Part shown: positions 27,859 to 29,000 of the stretch, one piece after another
Layout of the letters: every line of letters begins with the position of its first letter
Numbering within the stretch: the stretch's first letter is position 1
Assembly: GCA_046761065.1 (NCBI GenBank)
Contig: JBHIFL010000051.1
Span: 1 to 29,000 of the forward strand
Length of the DNA stretch: 29,000 nucleotides
Direction of reading: 5' to 3'
Source: Candidatus Heimdallarchaeota archaeon
GTDB lineage: Archaea > Asgardarchaeota > Wukongarchaeia > Wukongarchaeales > JBHIFL01
The notes under the pieces: generated by a model
Seen by the model: only the letters and a program-made list of their open reading frames with translations
What the model was told of the DNA's origin: nothing
Database searches by the model: none
Program-made: the position numbers and the translations under genes

Positions 27859-28149
27859 TCAACTAATTTCAAAATCTATATAATTTTGCCATGGATTTGG
27901 TTTAATATCTACAGGAGTATTTAATAAGTTCTCAAGGAATTTACGAATAACTCGGTTTTCGTAATTATTGAGACTTGGCTGACAAAATATTCGCAAGGTA
28001 TGCTTAGCTGGTTGTGAAATATGAACAACTTCCTTTCGATTGATTAGAGCTGACACAACAATTGAAATGTTTGGAATATCGAGGGATGATGGAATCTGCC
28101 CATCATCCTTCGATCGTATTCTCAATAGAGGATTGGAACTATTCTGTAT
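27859..28149 (-). CDS. Small hypothetical protein (88-96 aa), same family as 28189..28530
   Basis: ORF track 27859..28125; open in frame to ATA 28149 behind a GGGGT RBS; coding status supported by the decayed paralog at 3920..4069. Confidence 0.72.
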   Translation of the reverse strand: MQNSSNPLLRIRSKDDGQIPSSLDIPNISIVVSALINRKEVVHISQPAKHTLRIFCQPSLNNYENRVIRKFLENLLNTPVDIKPNPWQNYIDFEIS

Positions 28150-28188
28150 CGAAATCTACCCCTTTTGTTTTTAGGAACCCCTTAGGGT

Positions 28189-28530
28189 TTAGATTGGAAT
28201 GAGATCTATGTACGTCGAACTCCAATAGATGTTAAAGGGGGCATCCACTGTTCGTTCTAGCAACTTGCGAAGCACCTGGACTGCTTGTTCCAGAATTTGA
28301 CTTGGATTGGTCCCTATATGAAACCGGAACCCCTCATTATCAAGCAGCTCAATTTCTTCGATCCAACCATTTCGCAACAACAAAAAAACTTTGAAGATCT
28401 CTTTCTGGGTAATCGAGAGTTGTCGAACATTTTTCGATAAACCAAAACTCAACTCGTCATCCTCTAAAGACAAACTAATTTCATGATTTATATTTGCCTG
28501 ATTTAAAATCTTATTTGCCTGTGCGGTCAT
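28189..28530 (-). CDS. Small hypothetical protein (113 aa)
   Basis: AGGAG RBS; C-terminus VLRKLLERTVDAPFNIYWSSTYIDL resembles VIRKFLENLLNTPVDIKPNPWQNYIDF of the neighbour. Confidence 0.72.
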   Translation of the reverse strand: MTAQANKILNQANINHEISLSLEDDELSFGLSKNVRQLSITQKEIFKVFLLLRNGWIEEIELLDNEGFRFHIGTNPSQILEQAVQVLRKLLERTVDAPFNIYWSSTYIDLIPI

Positions 28531-29000
28531 ATTTTAGCCCAACTCCTTTTTTTAAATAGCCATTCTTGCCTTACGGGACTCCTGTCCCACCTTCAGATGA
28601 TACTACCTTCATATCATTTTTAGTTGGTGGAAATTACTCCCCCACTATATAATTTTTATAATGATGTGAGCCCTCATATCTTTCTCTTAAAAGAGATATT
28701 AATGATGGAACAACCATCTTTTCATATTTTTACCTAATTTAATGGCAATATTGTGAAAAGAAGCCGATATTAATTAAATTACTAGAGAGTTTTGTGAATT
28801 AATAACAAAAATTCCGGAAAAAAAATAAAAAAAATAGGACATCAATTCGGTCTTATAGAAAGGAATTTATTGAAAATGAATAGCAGTTATACTTGAATAA
28901 AAAAGTGAATTTTTTTTTAAAGATTCAGATATTGGCTCTATGGTTCTAACTGGTCTATGATCCTTATGTTATCGATTTTTTGACATTTTTCCTTTTCTCT

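Overview
Asgard-archaeal-type DNA (most consistent with Heimdallarchaeia/Hodarchaeales; inferred from gene content and GGAGG/GGTGA ribosome-binding sites). After two housekeeping enzymes (M28 peptidase, agmatinase), almost the whole window (about 2.9-28.5 kb) is a signalling island, mostly on the minus strand. It holds six Ras-superfamily small GTPases (two Arf-like, two Rab-like, two Rag/Arf-like with HKxD G4), several longin/uDENN/roadblock-like domains, a tandem V4R protein, a single-domain KaiC/RAD55 ATPase and a bacterial-style two-component operon (PAS-HK, REC-REC, REC-6xPAS-HK). It also has unusual fusions: longin-Arf GTPase-HISTONE (4235..5620), longin-winged-helix (2957..3676) and REC-longin/uDENN (26269..27159). 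The intergenic DNA contains decayed remnants missed by the ORF track. One is an in-frame dead histone fold right behind the paralogous longin-Arf gene (17465..17659). Others are a dead winged-helix copy (27363..27678) and dead copies of the small 88-aa and 113-aa proteins (3920..4190, 3751..3888). Together these suggest a duplicated, reciprocally eroding module that links phosphorelay input to small-GTPase switches with chromatin/DNA-binding output. Domain calls are by motif recognition only; no searches were run.
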